In this document: positions 17,330 through 25,506 of the stretch, in pieces | Numbering within the stretch: the stretch's first letter is position 1 | Layout of the letters: each line of letters begins with the position of its first letter | Assembly (NCBI GenBank): GCA_023129075.1 | Contig: JAGMCT010000002.1 | Span: forward strand, 3,077 to 67,076 | Direction: 5' to 3' | Length of the DNA stretch: 64,000 nt | Origin: Candidatus Micrarchaeota archaeon | GTDB lineage: Archaea > Micrarchaeota > Micrarchaeia > Anstonellales > Bilamarchaeaceae | Program-made: the position numbers and the translations under genes | The notes under the pieces: model-generated | The model's input: only the letters and a program-made list of their open reading frames with translations | What the model was told of the DNA's origin: nothing | Database searches by the model: none

Positions 17330-19186
17330 TTATTTTATCTTCAAACCAGGATCGCCTAAAAGAGCCATGTCTTCATTGTGTCCATACCCCACTTCTGGAT
17401 TATCTATACATGTTTGTTTTTTACTTTCTACAAACAAATCCCCCAATCTATAAAAGTTAGGATTGTACAATAATTCATGCATCCTTTTTGCAATATCCTC
17501 AAAAGCACCAGTCGTTAAAACTGCACCTACGTATGCTATTGCACCGCCATTATCGTGATAAAGTAAAGTTTCACCTATGCCCCTATATAGACCATTATCT
17601 TGATTAAATGATGCAGAAAGACAAGTAAATGAAAGGAATAAAGCAGGTTTATCTAAATTGTTTAACCAGCTTACATGGCTTGCAGTAAAATTAGCCTCCC
17701 CAAAATTTGTATTCCCCCAAGTATGCACTGAAGAATGACCCTCATAACTTACTACAAAAACACCATTATTTATATCTTCTATTATTGCATTTGTTAAGGC
17801 TTTTGATTGTTCGAGATCATTATTATCCTCTTGTTCATACCTTTTTATAACCGGGATATCCGCAGGGAGAAGAGGCTCTATGATGCTATCGAAATACCCA
17901 GCAAACCCTAACCCACCATTCATTAATATATCGCCATCAGCCGGTGCAACAAAGAGATGAGTATTATTTTCATGTGGATAACCCAAATTTTCATAATTGA
18001 TTATCTTGTTTACGATTGCTTTTAATTTAAGGGAATTATCTATTGGAAATCTACCTATTGCAATTTCAGGAACATTATCTCCTTCAATATCTGCATAATA
18101 ATTATCAGTTAAGCCCGGTTCTCCCCATATATTAAAGAAAATTTTTGCAGGAACATGTTCCTCTCCTCCCACTATCAAAATATTTTCTAATTTTCCTGTT
18201 TTTGAATTACTAGCTTGCCAATTCTTATATATATAATCAATAAAATCTTTTATGGATTCAGGTTCCATATCATCTTTCTTTGGAAATTGTTGGTATATAC
18301 TAGAAACATTAACTACCCCCACATTATAATCATCATTTCTATGTTCTGCCAAAGATACCAAAAAAGAACTTTTACTAAATGTTGAATCAGTTAAGATTAA
18401 GTAATCAATATCTTGACTACTTTCAAAGTCTTGGATTAAAAAAGGATTTTCCGCATGCATTATTTTATATTCTTCTTCAGCTTCGACAATATGCCCATGA
18501 TTATCATCAACGGAAACAACCAATTTATATGACGTATTAGGACCATTATCTATATCATAACACAATAGGTTATCTGAATGAATTTCACCAGTGCTTGGAT
18601 CAATATGTAAACCATTAATATCTAAACCCCAGTCAATTACATCATAAGTTAAGATGTCACCATCAGGATCAGAAGCCCTCACCCTACCGTATAATTTTTC
18701 ACCTTCTTTTGCTGTAATATTAATAGATTCAATAATGGGGGGTCTATTGTGCTCTTCATTATCAATATCAATAAATTCAATAATGGGGGGCATATGTTCT
18801 AATTTTTCACCCTTTTTTAGTATAATATTAGCAGATTCAATAATGGAAGGTCTATTGTGTTCTTCATCATCATTTTTTCCACCGTTATCAACTATGCCAG
18901 CATCCGTAGAATTATCATCTTGAGAATATAATCCACCCTCATTTTTATCATCCCCGCATCCTGCCAGCATTCCTGCTCCCCCTGTTAATATTGTAGAGAC
19001 AAGAAGGGCGTTTTTGAATGCTCCATACTTCGTTTTCTTCCCGGTTCTCTTTCTCCTGAAAGCATTCATTGTTTTAATCTTCTCAATCATTTTTCTCATC
19101 AGTTTTCCCATATTCATCTCTCTTTTAGACTTCTTCCCACATATTATTATATACCACAACGTTTTTAATCTCTCCCCCCCAACCAT
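17330..19186 (-). CDS. secreted peptidase C25 (gingipain-like, clan CD cysteine peptidase) with N-terminal tandem repeats
   Basis: 'VSYEGHSSVHTWGNTNFG...ALFLSFTCLSASF' matches the His/Cys catalytic-dyad region of C25 (YxGHGSxxxWG ... xxxxACxxGxF). An upstream 'AIGRFP' motif is present. The leader is 'YGAFKNALLVSTILTGGAGMLAGCGDD'. The repeats are 'EEHNRP(S/P)IIES(A/I)NI'. The probable true start is M24 (MNMGKL) at 19117. Confidence 0.6.
   Translation of the reverse strand: MVGGERLKTLWYIIICGKKSKREMNMGKLMRKMIEKIKTMNAFRRKRTGKKTKYGAFKNALLVSTILTGGAGMLAGCGDDKNEGGLYSQDDNSTDAGIVDNGGKNDDEEHNRPSIIESANIILKKGEKLEHMPPIIEFIDIDNEEHNRPPIIESINITAKEGEKLYGRVRASDPDGDILTYDVIDWGLDINGLHIDPSTGEIHSDNLLCYDIDNGPNTSYKLVVSVDDNHGHIVEAEEEYKIMHAENPFLIQDFESSQDIDYLILTDSTFSKSSFLVSLAEHRNDDYNVGVVNVSSIYQQFPKKDDMEPESIKDFIDYIYKNWQASNSKTGKLENILIVGGEEHVPAKIFFNIWGEPGLTDNYYADIEGDNVPEIAIGRFPIDNSLKLKAIVNKIINYENLGYPHENNTHLFVAPADGDILMNGGLGFAGYFDSIIEPLLPADIPVIKRYEQEDNNDLEQSKALTNAIIEDINNGVFVVSYEGHSSVHTWGNTNFGEANFTASHVSWLNNLDKPALFLSFTCLSASFNQDNGLYRGIGETLLYHDNGGAIAYVGAVLTTGAFEDIAKRMHELLYNPNFYRLGDLFVESKKQTCIDNPEVGYGHNEDMALLGDPGLKIK
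19136..19152 (-). promoter_or_regulatory. conserved upstream motif TAATAATATGTGGG (copy 2)
   Basis: See copy 1. It lies 20 nt upstream of the internal ATGAATATG likely start of the peptidase gene. Confidence 0.25.
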
Positions 19187-19350
19187 AGGTTTTTTATTCT
19201 TTCTGCTGACCTTTCTTTATGCGAGTAAAATTCTGCCTTATGGCATTTATGCTTTTTTTGGGTTTAGTAACTGCAGCTGACATTGAATTCAAATGGCTTC
19301 CTGCTTCACCAACCATTGATGGTGTTTATGATTCAGGAGCAGAAGAAAGC
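19180..19350 (+). repeat. direct repeat copy B (partner of 17091..17262)
   Basis: It contains the intact promoter and 5' coding end of the 19219 gene. Confidence 0.85.
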
Positions 19351-21213
19351 CCAACAACCTCTGCAGATGATGTATATATAAGAACCGGCTACCGCGATAA
19401 GAACATCTATATACAATTCACAATCTCAGATGCAAGCCCTGATGACGGCGATTATTTTGCCTTTAGATTAGATACAGACAAGGACAACTACCCTGATGAA
19501 GGCGAACCCGTAATAACCATTTACCGGGATGGAACAGCAGTCAATCCCCTTGGTTATGAATATGCAGTTGATGCTCCTGTAGGAAGGACCTGGTACGGAG
19601 AATTCCTTATACCCTTTTCTGATGCAGGTCTGCCAACTTCATTACCTCCGCAGGGAATGCCCACTATAGGTCCTGGCATATGGTTCAAAGGAGCTGATGC
19701 AAATACAGGCCCCCTTGGTGTTTACTGGGAGGAGGACGAATTCGGCTCAACCTCTTCTCCTTATTACTGGGCCCAGCCAGAGCCCATGAAGCTTACAACC
19801 TTTGAAGAATTAAACCCTGATACTGACTGGTGCAGGGAAACAGACAATAATAATGTTACCATTACCTCTTTTATTATAGAAAGTAATCTTGAAGAGATAT
19901 TAACTGTCAGTTCATTCACCCTGAAGGCAAGCGGTAACGGCCTTGAGAATGAGCACATAAAAGAGGTGCTTGTATATCTTTATCACAAAGGAAAAAGCGG
20001 TCTCTGGGGAACGTTCACATTTTCGGAAGATGACGGCACCATCACCGTTCCAATAGATGACTATCTTTTTGCGCCGGATGTATTGGAAGGCGCCCCGTCT
20101 TTTAGAATAAATTACATACTGGATGATGACGCTGGTTATGTGCACGATGAGCAGGGTATGCATATCGGAACCTATCAGCTTACTGTTGAATCATTTGAGG
20201 TATCTGGTGCTTATACTCTTGAACAGCTGGATACAACAGGAGCACCTTATATAAGCGGAACTCTCAGTACAACAGACTGCATATCCAACGACGGTTGTGC
20301 AGACGATGAATTTTGTGCATTTGGAAGCTGCAGGGACGTAGTTCCTGCAAGCGACTGCGGTTATGCAGCAAATCACCAGTGGAATGATTATGGATGCTGT
20401 GCTGATTCAGACTGCGCAGAGGGCGAGGTCTGCCAGAACCACGCATGTATTGAAGCTGAGGAAGAACAATCCGTCTGCTCAGGTTTTGTAGACCTTTCCA
20501 TCGAAGTCAAAGCCGATGAAATAGAAGCAGGCATTTCCGGCCCTTCCGATTGTGACAATAAAATTGTTTACATAAAAAAGAATTCCTGCTCTGGTTCAAC
20601 TAAATGTTCATTTCTTTGGACAGATGCAGGAGAAAACAAATGTGTTTTTTCAATACCCTCTAATCCAGGAACATACAAATATTATGCATGCATGGACATT
20701 AATGGAGATGGTTCCTATTCCCCTTCAGAGAATGATTACTCAATTCTTATAATTGAAGAAACCGGAGAAGCAGAAGTGAGTGAAGCAGAAGAACCTGAAG
20801 AAGAACCAGAAGAAGAACCAGAAACAGGAGAAGAAGAATGCATAAGCCAGGGATGCACCCCCACAAGCTGGACAGAATGCGAATGCGAAGAGGGTTCAAT
20901 AAGAGGAATAAAGATGGGCAGATGTTCAGACAACTGCGGAGAAACCCTTTATTACAATGAATCCTGCATCTGTGTGATTGAGGTAAAGGACAACGAAACC
21001 GGAGCCGTTCCTTCTGATGAAGAAACCACTGGAGAGGATGCAGAAGAAAAAGAACCTGACAGCACGTTCTTCATACTGATGGTGCTTCTTGCAGTAATAG
21101 GAGTAATAATCTACTTTATGTTCAAACCAGAAGAAAAAGAGAAAGAAAAAGATAAAGGACTGCGTTTAACATTCAAGTCAGAAAAGAAAAGGCCGAAAAG
21201 AAAAGGCCTCTGA
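19219..21213 (+). CDS. Cys-rich cell-surface protein with an acidic E/P-rich stalk and a C-terminal TM anchor
   Basis: Signal peptide MRVKFCLMAFMLFLGLVTAA. Multiple Cys clusters (CISNDGCADDEFCAFGSCRD...). An 'EEPEEEPEEEPE' linker. C-terminal 'FFILMVLLAVIGVIIYFMF' followed by a basic tail. Confidence 0.6.
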   Translation: MRVKFCLMAFMLFLGLVTAADIEFKWLPASPTIDGVYDSGAEESPTTSADDVYIRTGYRDKNIYIQFTISDASPDDGDYFAFRLDTDKDNYPDEGEPVITIYRDGTAVNPLGYEYAVDAPVGRTWYGEFLIPFSDAGLPTSLPPQGMPTIGPGIWFKGADANTGPLGVYWEEDEFGSTSSPYYWAQPEPMKLTTFEELNPDTDWCRETDNNNVTITSFIIESNLEEILTVSSFTLKASGNGLENEHIKEVLVYLYHKGKSGLWGTFTFSEDDGTITVPIDDYLFAPDVLEGAPSFRINYILDDDAGYVHDEQGMHIGTYQLTVESFEVSGAYTLEQLDTTGAPYISGTLSTTDCISNDGCADDEFCAFGSCRDVVPASDCGYAANHQWNDYGCCADSDCAEGEVCQNHACIEAEEEQSVCSGFVDLSIEVKADEIEAGISGPSDCDNKIVYIKKNSCSGSTKCSFLWTDAGENKCVFSIPSNPGTYKYYACMDINGDGSYSPSENDYSILIIEETGEAEVSEAEEPEEEPEEEPETGEEECISQGCTPTSWTECECEEGSIRGIKMGRCSDNCGETLYYNESCICVIEVKDNETGAVPSDEETTGEDAEEKEPDSTFFILMVLLAVIGVIIYFMFKPEEKEKEKDKGLRLTFKSEKKRPKRKGL

Positions 21214-21240
21214 TTTCTTTCTTTTCTTATTTTATCTCAT
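21214..21240 (+). terminator. T-rich archaeal-type terminator motif (TTTCTTTCTTTTCTTATTTTATCTCAT)
   Basis: An oligo-T/pyrimidine tract lies immediately after the stop. A similar 'TTTTCTTAT' motif follows the genes ending at 23968 and 30619. Confidence 0.3.
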
Positions 21241-21303
21241 CAGACCAGACCGCAATAGAAAAATTCATAAGGTTTAAATATTTTCTGATAACAACTTAAA
21301 CAT

Positions 21304-23073
21304 ATGAAAGTAGTATATATCCTCCTTGGTTTTCTGTTGCTTATCTCTTTTTCGTATACACTTACTGCGTTTACTACTTGTACAAACATAACCGCCCCTG
21401 GCGAATATGTCTTAACCGCAGGGATTGTCGCCTCTACCGACGATTGTATCAACATCACAATAAGTAATGTAACACTCACATGTAATGCAGGTACCTACAT
21501 TAATGGAGTAACAGGAAACGCAATAAAAGTATATAACTCCACCACAACCTTGAGTAACATAACAATAGAAGATTGTGTTGTTATCAATTCCAATACCGGT
21601 ATTTATATCCGTGATGCCCATAACCTCACTCTAAGCGGTATTCATTCAGCGAACAATAGTGTATATGGTCTTTACCTCAATGAAGTTGCAAACTCAACTT
21701 TCGGAAACTATGCATCTGTAAATAATACCAGAGGACTCCATTTTATAGGGAATGCGAACAATAATAACACCTGGTATGGAGCCACTTTCCTTGTTCAGAA
21801 TATCTTTATGGACAGTTCTCTGGCAGCATTCGCTACTGTAGAAAACAACTTTACCAACCTATTCTTTTCCAATTCATCAAACTCTGGATTGGGAGGTTCT
21901 TTACATTGGGACCTGATTAATCTAACATCCGCTCGAGTAAACAGCAACAACCTTAGGATTGAACCGGACTTTGTTTCCTTTAACGTATCTACAGGTTCAG
22001 GAGCAGAGCAGTTCAACAGAACAACCACGGTTACCCTTGAGAACCCAGGCAGCTGCAATAACCTCAGGATATATAAGGAGTTTGGCTTTCCTGTTTCCAG
22101 AGATTCCATACTTGAAAACGGCACAATCTATGCAACTAATAACATTTGCACAGCCCTGAATGTATCATTTCCAGTAACTGAGTTCTCTGGTTATGCAGTA
22201 ACCTTTATACCTGAAGAAAGTTCTTCCAAAACGAGTTCAGAATCAAAAGAAGACATAGATGTATCCTATGATTCCGGTCCTTTCTACACAGGTGAAGAGA
22301 TAACCTTTGAATTTGAAAGCGATGGAACACCCCTTGACAATGTTGAAGTTCTTCTTTACAAGATTGATAATTACAGACAGAAAGTAGCAAAGGAAATAGT
22401 GGATGAAATATATTCCTTTGTTCCTTCTGAAGCTGGAGAGTACTGGCTGAGGTTTGAAAAGGACGGCTACAAGGATGGAGAGACATTCTTTGATGTAGAG
22501 AAAGCAACTGAAGCAGAAGAAGAGCCCGAAGCCGAACCAGAACCAGAAGCTGAAGCAGAACCACAGCCTGAGTGCACAATAGATGCAGAATGCACACCAG
22601 CCGAACCAGAGCCATATACCGATTACCAATGTGTAGAGGGCGTATGTGTTGAAATACACTCCCAACCGCCTGCCGAAGAATTAGTTCAGGAAAATGCTTT
22701 AGAGGCAATTACTGATGCAGAAACACAGATAGAATCAGCAAAGCAGGAAGGAAAGCTCACTGAAGATGCAGAATCAAAACTTTTGGAGGCCCAGGAAGCC
22801 TATGATTCAGGAAACTATGAAACAGCAAAGGAGCTTGCTTCCGAATCCATTACCTTAATACAAGAACCCATGGCAGAGGAACCAGAAGCAGAACTTCTCC
22901 CTGAAATGGAGGAACAACCCCAGCAGGAAGCAGATTATTCCTGGTGCTGGTGGGCAGTAGTAATAGCAGTAGTCCTCTTGGTAGTTATCTGGATTACAAT
23001 AACTCAGATGGGCGAAGGTAAAAAAGAAGAAGGATACTCTGGTGGTTTTTCAAAGAAAAAGAAATCCACATAA
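21304..23073 (+). CDS. cell-surface protein with a right-handed parallel beta-helix domain, a Cys module, an acidic stalk and a C-terminal TM anchor
   Basis: Signal peptide. Repetitive 'N-x-T' rungs typical of a beta-helix (NITISNVTLTCNAG..., NITIEDCVVINSNTGIYIRD...), with many N-glycosylation sequons. 'EAEEEPEAEPEPEAEAEPQPE' stalk. The module 'ECTIDAEC...YQCVEGVCV'. C-terminal 'WCWWAVVIAVVLLVVIWITI' with a basic tail. Confidence 0.6.
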   Translation: MKVVYILLGFLLLISFSYTLTAFTTCTNITAPGEYVLTAGIVASTDDCINITISNVTLTCNAGTYINGVTGNAIKVYNSTTTLSNITIEDCVVINSNTGIYIRDAHNLTLSGIHSANNSVYGLYLNEVANSTFGNYASVNNTRGLHFIGNANNNNTWYGATFLVQNIFMDSSLAAFATVENNFTNLFFSNSSNSGLGGSLHWDLINLTSARVNSNNLRIEPDFVSFNVSTGSGAEQFNRTTTVTLENPGSCNNLRIYKEFGFPVSRDSILENGTIYATNNICTALNVSFPVTEFSGYAVTFIPEESSSKTSSESKEDIDVSYDSGPFYTGEEITFEFESDGTPLDNVEVLLYKIDNYRQKVAKEIVDEIYSFVPSEAGEYWLRFEKDGYKDGETFFDVEKATEAEEEPEAEPEPEAEAEPQPECTIDAECTPAEPEPYTDYQCVEGVCVEIHSQPPAEELVQENALEAITDAETQIESAKQEGKLTEDAESKLLEAQEAYDSGNYETAKELASESITLIQEPMAEEPEAELLPEMEEQPQQEADYSWCWWAVVIAVVLLVVIWITITQMGEGKKEEGYSGGFSKKKKST

Positions 23074-23090
23074 TTTCCTTTTCTTTTTTT

Positions 23091-23162
23091 AGCCCCAAGA
23101 GGGAATTGAACCCCCGACTTCCTGTTTACGAAACAGGCGCTCTACCGCTGAGCTACTGAGGC
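23091..23162 (-). tRNA. tRNA-Thr (anticodon CGT)
   Basis: The reverse complement is GCCTCAG-TA-GCTC-AGCGGTAGA-GCGC-...CCTGT-TTCGTAA-ACAGG...GGGGG-TTCAATT-CCCTC-TTGGGGC-T, a 72-nt cloverleaf. Confidence 0.8.
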
Positions 23163-23230
23163 AAATAGAACTCTTAACCTGAGCTAACTTATTTAAATTA
23201 AGGGGTCAATATGCAAGTAGGTGAGACTAC

Positions 23231-23968
23231 ATGAAAATAATATGGATGGTTTTTCTTGTTTCTATGCTTCTTTTTGCAGGATGCATAGGTCCTGAAGACC
23301 AGGAATTAGAAGTAACTCCAATTATTGATGCCCAGGATTCCGCACAGCCGGATGATGGATTGGAACAAAATGGAGAAGTAGAGGAGGATGAAGAAGAAGT
23401 CCTAGCTTTGGATATTGATACGGCAGTTCTTTCAGGCCTTGCCTACGAGTGCATTTTCATTGAGGACACGCAAACACAGACAATAAAGGTTTTGAATGGA
23501 AACATGAGAATACTGACTGAAAATTCAGCTACAGGTGATTCTTCAGAAGTAATCTCAACCAAAGATGAGATTCTCTATATAAAAGGAATGAGCATTGAAG
23601 GTTCTGAGGAATTTACATCAGAAAACTGTGATTGGATAAAGATAGACAATAAAAGACTCAGTGAATTACTTGAAGAAATTTATCCGGATGAGGAACCCTC
23701 TCTGGGAATGGCCGGAATGCCCAAAACAACCCCAAGCATCGAAATGGATTACGAATGCCATCCTGCGTTATTTGGAAGCGAAATATTCAACCCAGAATCT
23801 GAAGGAACAGTCTGCGATATGACGGATTCAATCCTTGAATCTCTGGAGGCGATGCAGGAAGTGATGAACGAAGCCGGGGACCAATTAGGGGATACGAATC
23901 CATGCGAGGGTCTTACAGGAGAAGAAAAAGAGCAGTGTGAAGCTATGATGGAGCAGTACTTCAGCTGA
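23231..23968 (+). CDS. acidic lipoprotein, hypothetical
   Basis: Signal plus lipobox (LLFAGCIGP). Very acidic, with several Cys. Confidence 0.45.
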   Translation: MKIIWMVFLVSMLLFAGCIGPEDQELEVTPIIDAQDSAQPDDGLEQNGEVEEDEEEVLALDIDTAVLSGLAYECIFIEDTQTQTIKVLNGNMRILTENSATGDSSEVISTKDEILYIKGMSIEGSEEFTSENCDWIKIDNKRLSELLEEIYPDEEPSLGMAGMPKTTPSIEMDYECHPALFGSEIFNPESEGTVCDMTDSILESLEAMQEVMNEAGDQLGDTNPCEGLTGEEKEQCEAMMEQYFS

Positions 23969-24010
23969 GCTCACCCCTTTTATTTCTTTTCTTTTCTTAT
24001 CTTATCTGTG
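23969..24010 (+). terminator. T-rich terminator motif (…TTTTATTTCTTTTCTTTTCTTATCTTATCTG)
   Basis: A pyrimidine-rich tract after the stop that shares 'TTTTCTTAT' with 21214-21240. Confidence 0.3.
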
Positions 24011-24015
24011 ATATT

Positions 24016-24513
24016 ATGACCGGAGAGAAAGTAGACATCAAAAAATTAACAGAAAAAACAATAAACGATGGAGGAATTCTTGCCCTCTTATATTTTGATG
24101 TTCATGGAAATAACAAGGATGCAATGGTTCAGATGGCAACCGCATTCATAGGAAAGATAGTAAAGGAAAAAGGCGTTGTTTACGCCCTCGGAGAGATAGA
24201 CGAGCCTATGGAGAATGATGGAATGCTCTCAACCTCTATTGAACTAAAAGTCCTTACAGTAGATTTTTTGACCCTTACAAAACTCTGTGCAGATTACAGT
24301 CCATTTTCCCTGGAAATCCTAAAACCAAATGATATACATCTTCCTATTGATATGATTCACGAGCTTCTCCTTAGCATCTCAACAACAACCCTTAATTACA
24401 AGAAATATATCCTTGATAAGGTTGCCAGCGAAGAGGAAAAACAGAATTATGCACTCCAGATAAAAAACAAGGTTGAGTTGGGGAAGAAACTCCTTGAGAA
24501 AAAAGGTGATTAA
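24016..24513 (+). CDS. hypothetical protein (operon partner of the KaiC-like ATPase)
   Basis: 165 aa with no recognisable motif. Its stop is 3 nt before the start of the next gene. Confidence 0.4.
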   Translation: MTGEKVDIKKLTEKTINDGGILALLYFDVHGNNKDAMVQMATAFIGKIVKEKGVVYALGEIDEPMENDGMLSTSIELKVLTVDFLTLTKLCADYSPFSLEILKPNDIHLPIDMIHELLLSISTTTLNYKKYILDKVASEEEKQNYALQIKNKVELGKKLLEKKGD

Positions 24514-24515
24514 AG

Positions 24516-25196
24516 GTGAAAAGGATTAAGATAGGTATTGAAGATTTGGATGAGAAACTCGGCGGAGGCATTCCTGAGGGCTCTATCTCCATTGTAAGCG
24601 GTCCAACAGGTTCAGGAAGAACAACATTCGGTCTTCAGTTCCTGGTGAATGGCGCTGAAAAGGAGAATGAAGTAGGGCTTTATGTATGTATAGAAGATTC
24701 AAAAAATCTAATCTTTAGATTCACCAATTTCAAAGGATGGGACCTGGAGCTTCTTGAAAAAGAAAAAAAGGTTGTTTTTCTTGATTATCCCCCCCATGAA
24801 GTTGACCAATTTCTCTCTCCGAATAGTGCAATAGGAGAACTCATACAGAAATTAGGGGTCCATCGCCTGGTTATAGATTCAGTAATGCCAATAGCCCTGA
24901 TTTTCTCTGATGAGGATGAGAGAAGAAAGGGTTTCCTAAAATTAATAGAAAACATAAGAAAACTCGGGGTTACAACATTAATAATAGCGCAGGATTCCCC
25001 CCAATCCACACAAGATATGCTTCCAAGAACTACTTATGGAATAGAATCCCTTTCTGATGGATGGATACACCTTTGCTATTCCCAGGAAAAAACAACCAGA
25101 AACAGATATCTGGAGATTCTTAAGATGAAAGGAACAACCCATTCCGTGAAAAGAATTCCATTTGAAATAAACGAGGAAGGAATTTGTCTCAGGTGA
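24516..25196 (+). CDS. KaiC-like RecA-superfamily ATPase
   Basis: 'GIEDLDEKLGGGIPEGSISIVSGPTGSGRTTFGLQF' has the KaiC/RadB-type N-terminus and Walker A. The 'KGWDLE' motif is typical of KaiC-domain proteins. 226 aa. Confidence 0.65.
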   Translation: MKRIKIGIEDLDEKLGGGIPEGSISIVSGPTGSGRTTFGLQFLVNGAEKENEVGLYVCIEDSKNLIFRFTNFKGWDLELLEKEKKVVFLDYPPHEVDQFLSPNSAIGELIQKLGVHRLVIDSVMPIALIFSDEDERRKGFLKLIENIRKLGVTTLIIAQDSPQSTQDMLPRTTYGIESLSDGWIHLCYSQEKTTRNRYLEILKMKGTTHSVKRIPFEINEEGICLR

Positions 25197-25200
25197 TAAA

Positions 25201-25506
25201 ATCATTTACTACGCCCGCCTAAAAATATACGGGAGGATTCAGGGAGTTAATTTTAGATGGTTTGTGCAGGAAACAGGAAAATCCCTTGGCCTTAAAGGGC
25301 ATGTAAAGAACTCCCTGGATGGAACAGTTGAAATAATCTGCGAATCTGAAACAGAAAAAGCCTACAGGGATTTCATGAGAAAAATAGAAAATAAAAAGTC
25401 TGAATCTCCAGGTCTTTACACAGGAATAGATGTTGAAAAGATTGAAGTGCTTGAATTTGAGAAAAGACCAGATTTCTCGTTTGATTATTTTAACATCATT
25501 TACTGA
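25201..25506 (+). CDS. acylphosphatase
   Basis: Signature 'RLKIYGRIQGVNFR' and 'GHVKNSLDGTVEI'. The ORF track starts at GTG 25264, inside the signature. The frame is open back to 25198 with no ATG, GTG or TTG. ATC or ATT at 25201/25204 is the probable non-canonical start. Confidence 0.6.
   Translation: MIYYARLKIYGRIQGVNFRWFVQETGKSLGLKGHVKNSLDGTVEIICESETEKAYRDFMRKIENKKSESPGLYTGIDVEKIEVLEFEKRPDFSFDYFNIIY

Noticed and set aside
22205-22708. 167-aa and 140-aa minus-strand ORFs (22205..22708, 22243..22665)
   Set aside because: They are antisense to the well-supported beta-helix surface protein gene 21304..23073. They are low-complexity (L/Q/C-rich) and have no plausible start context.
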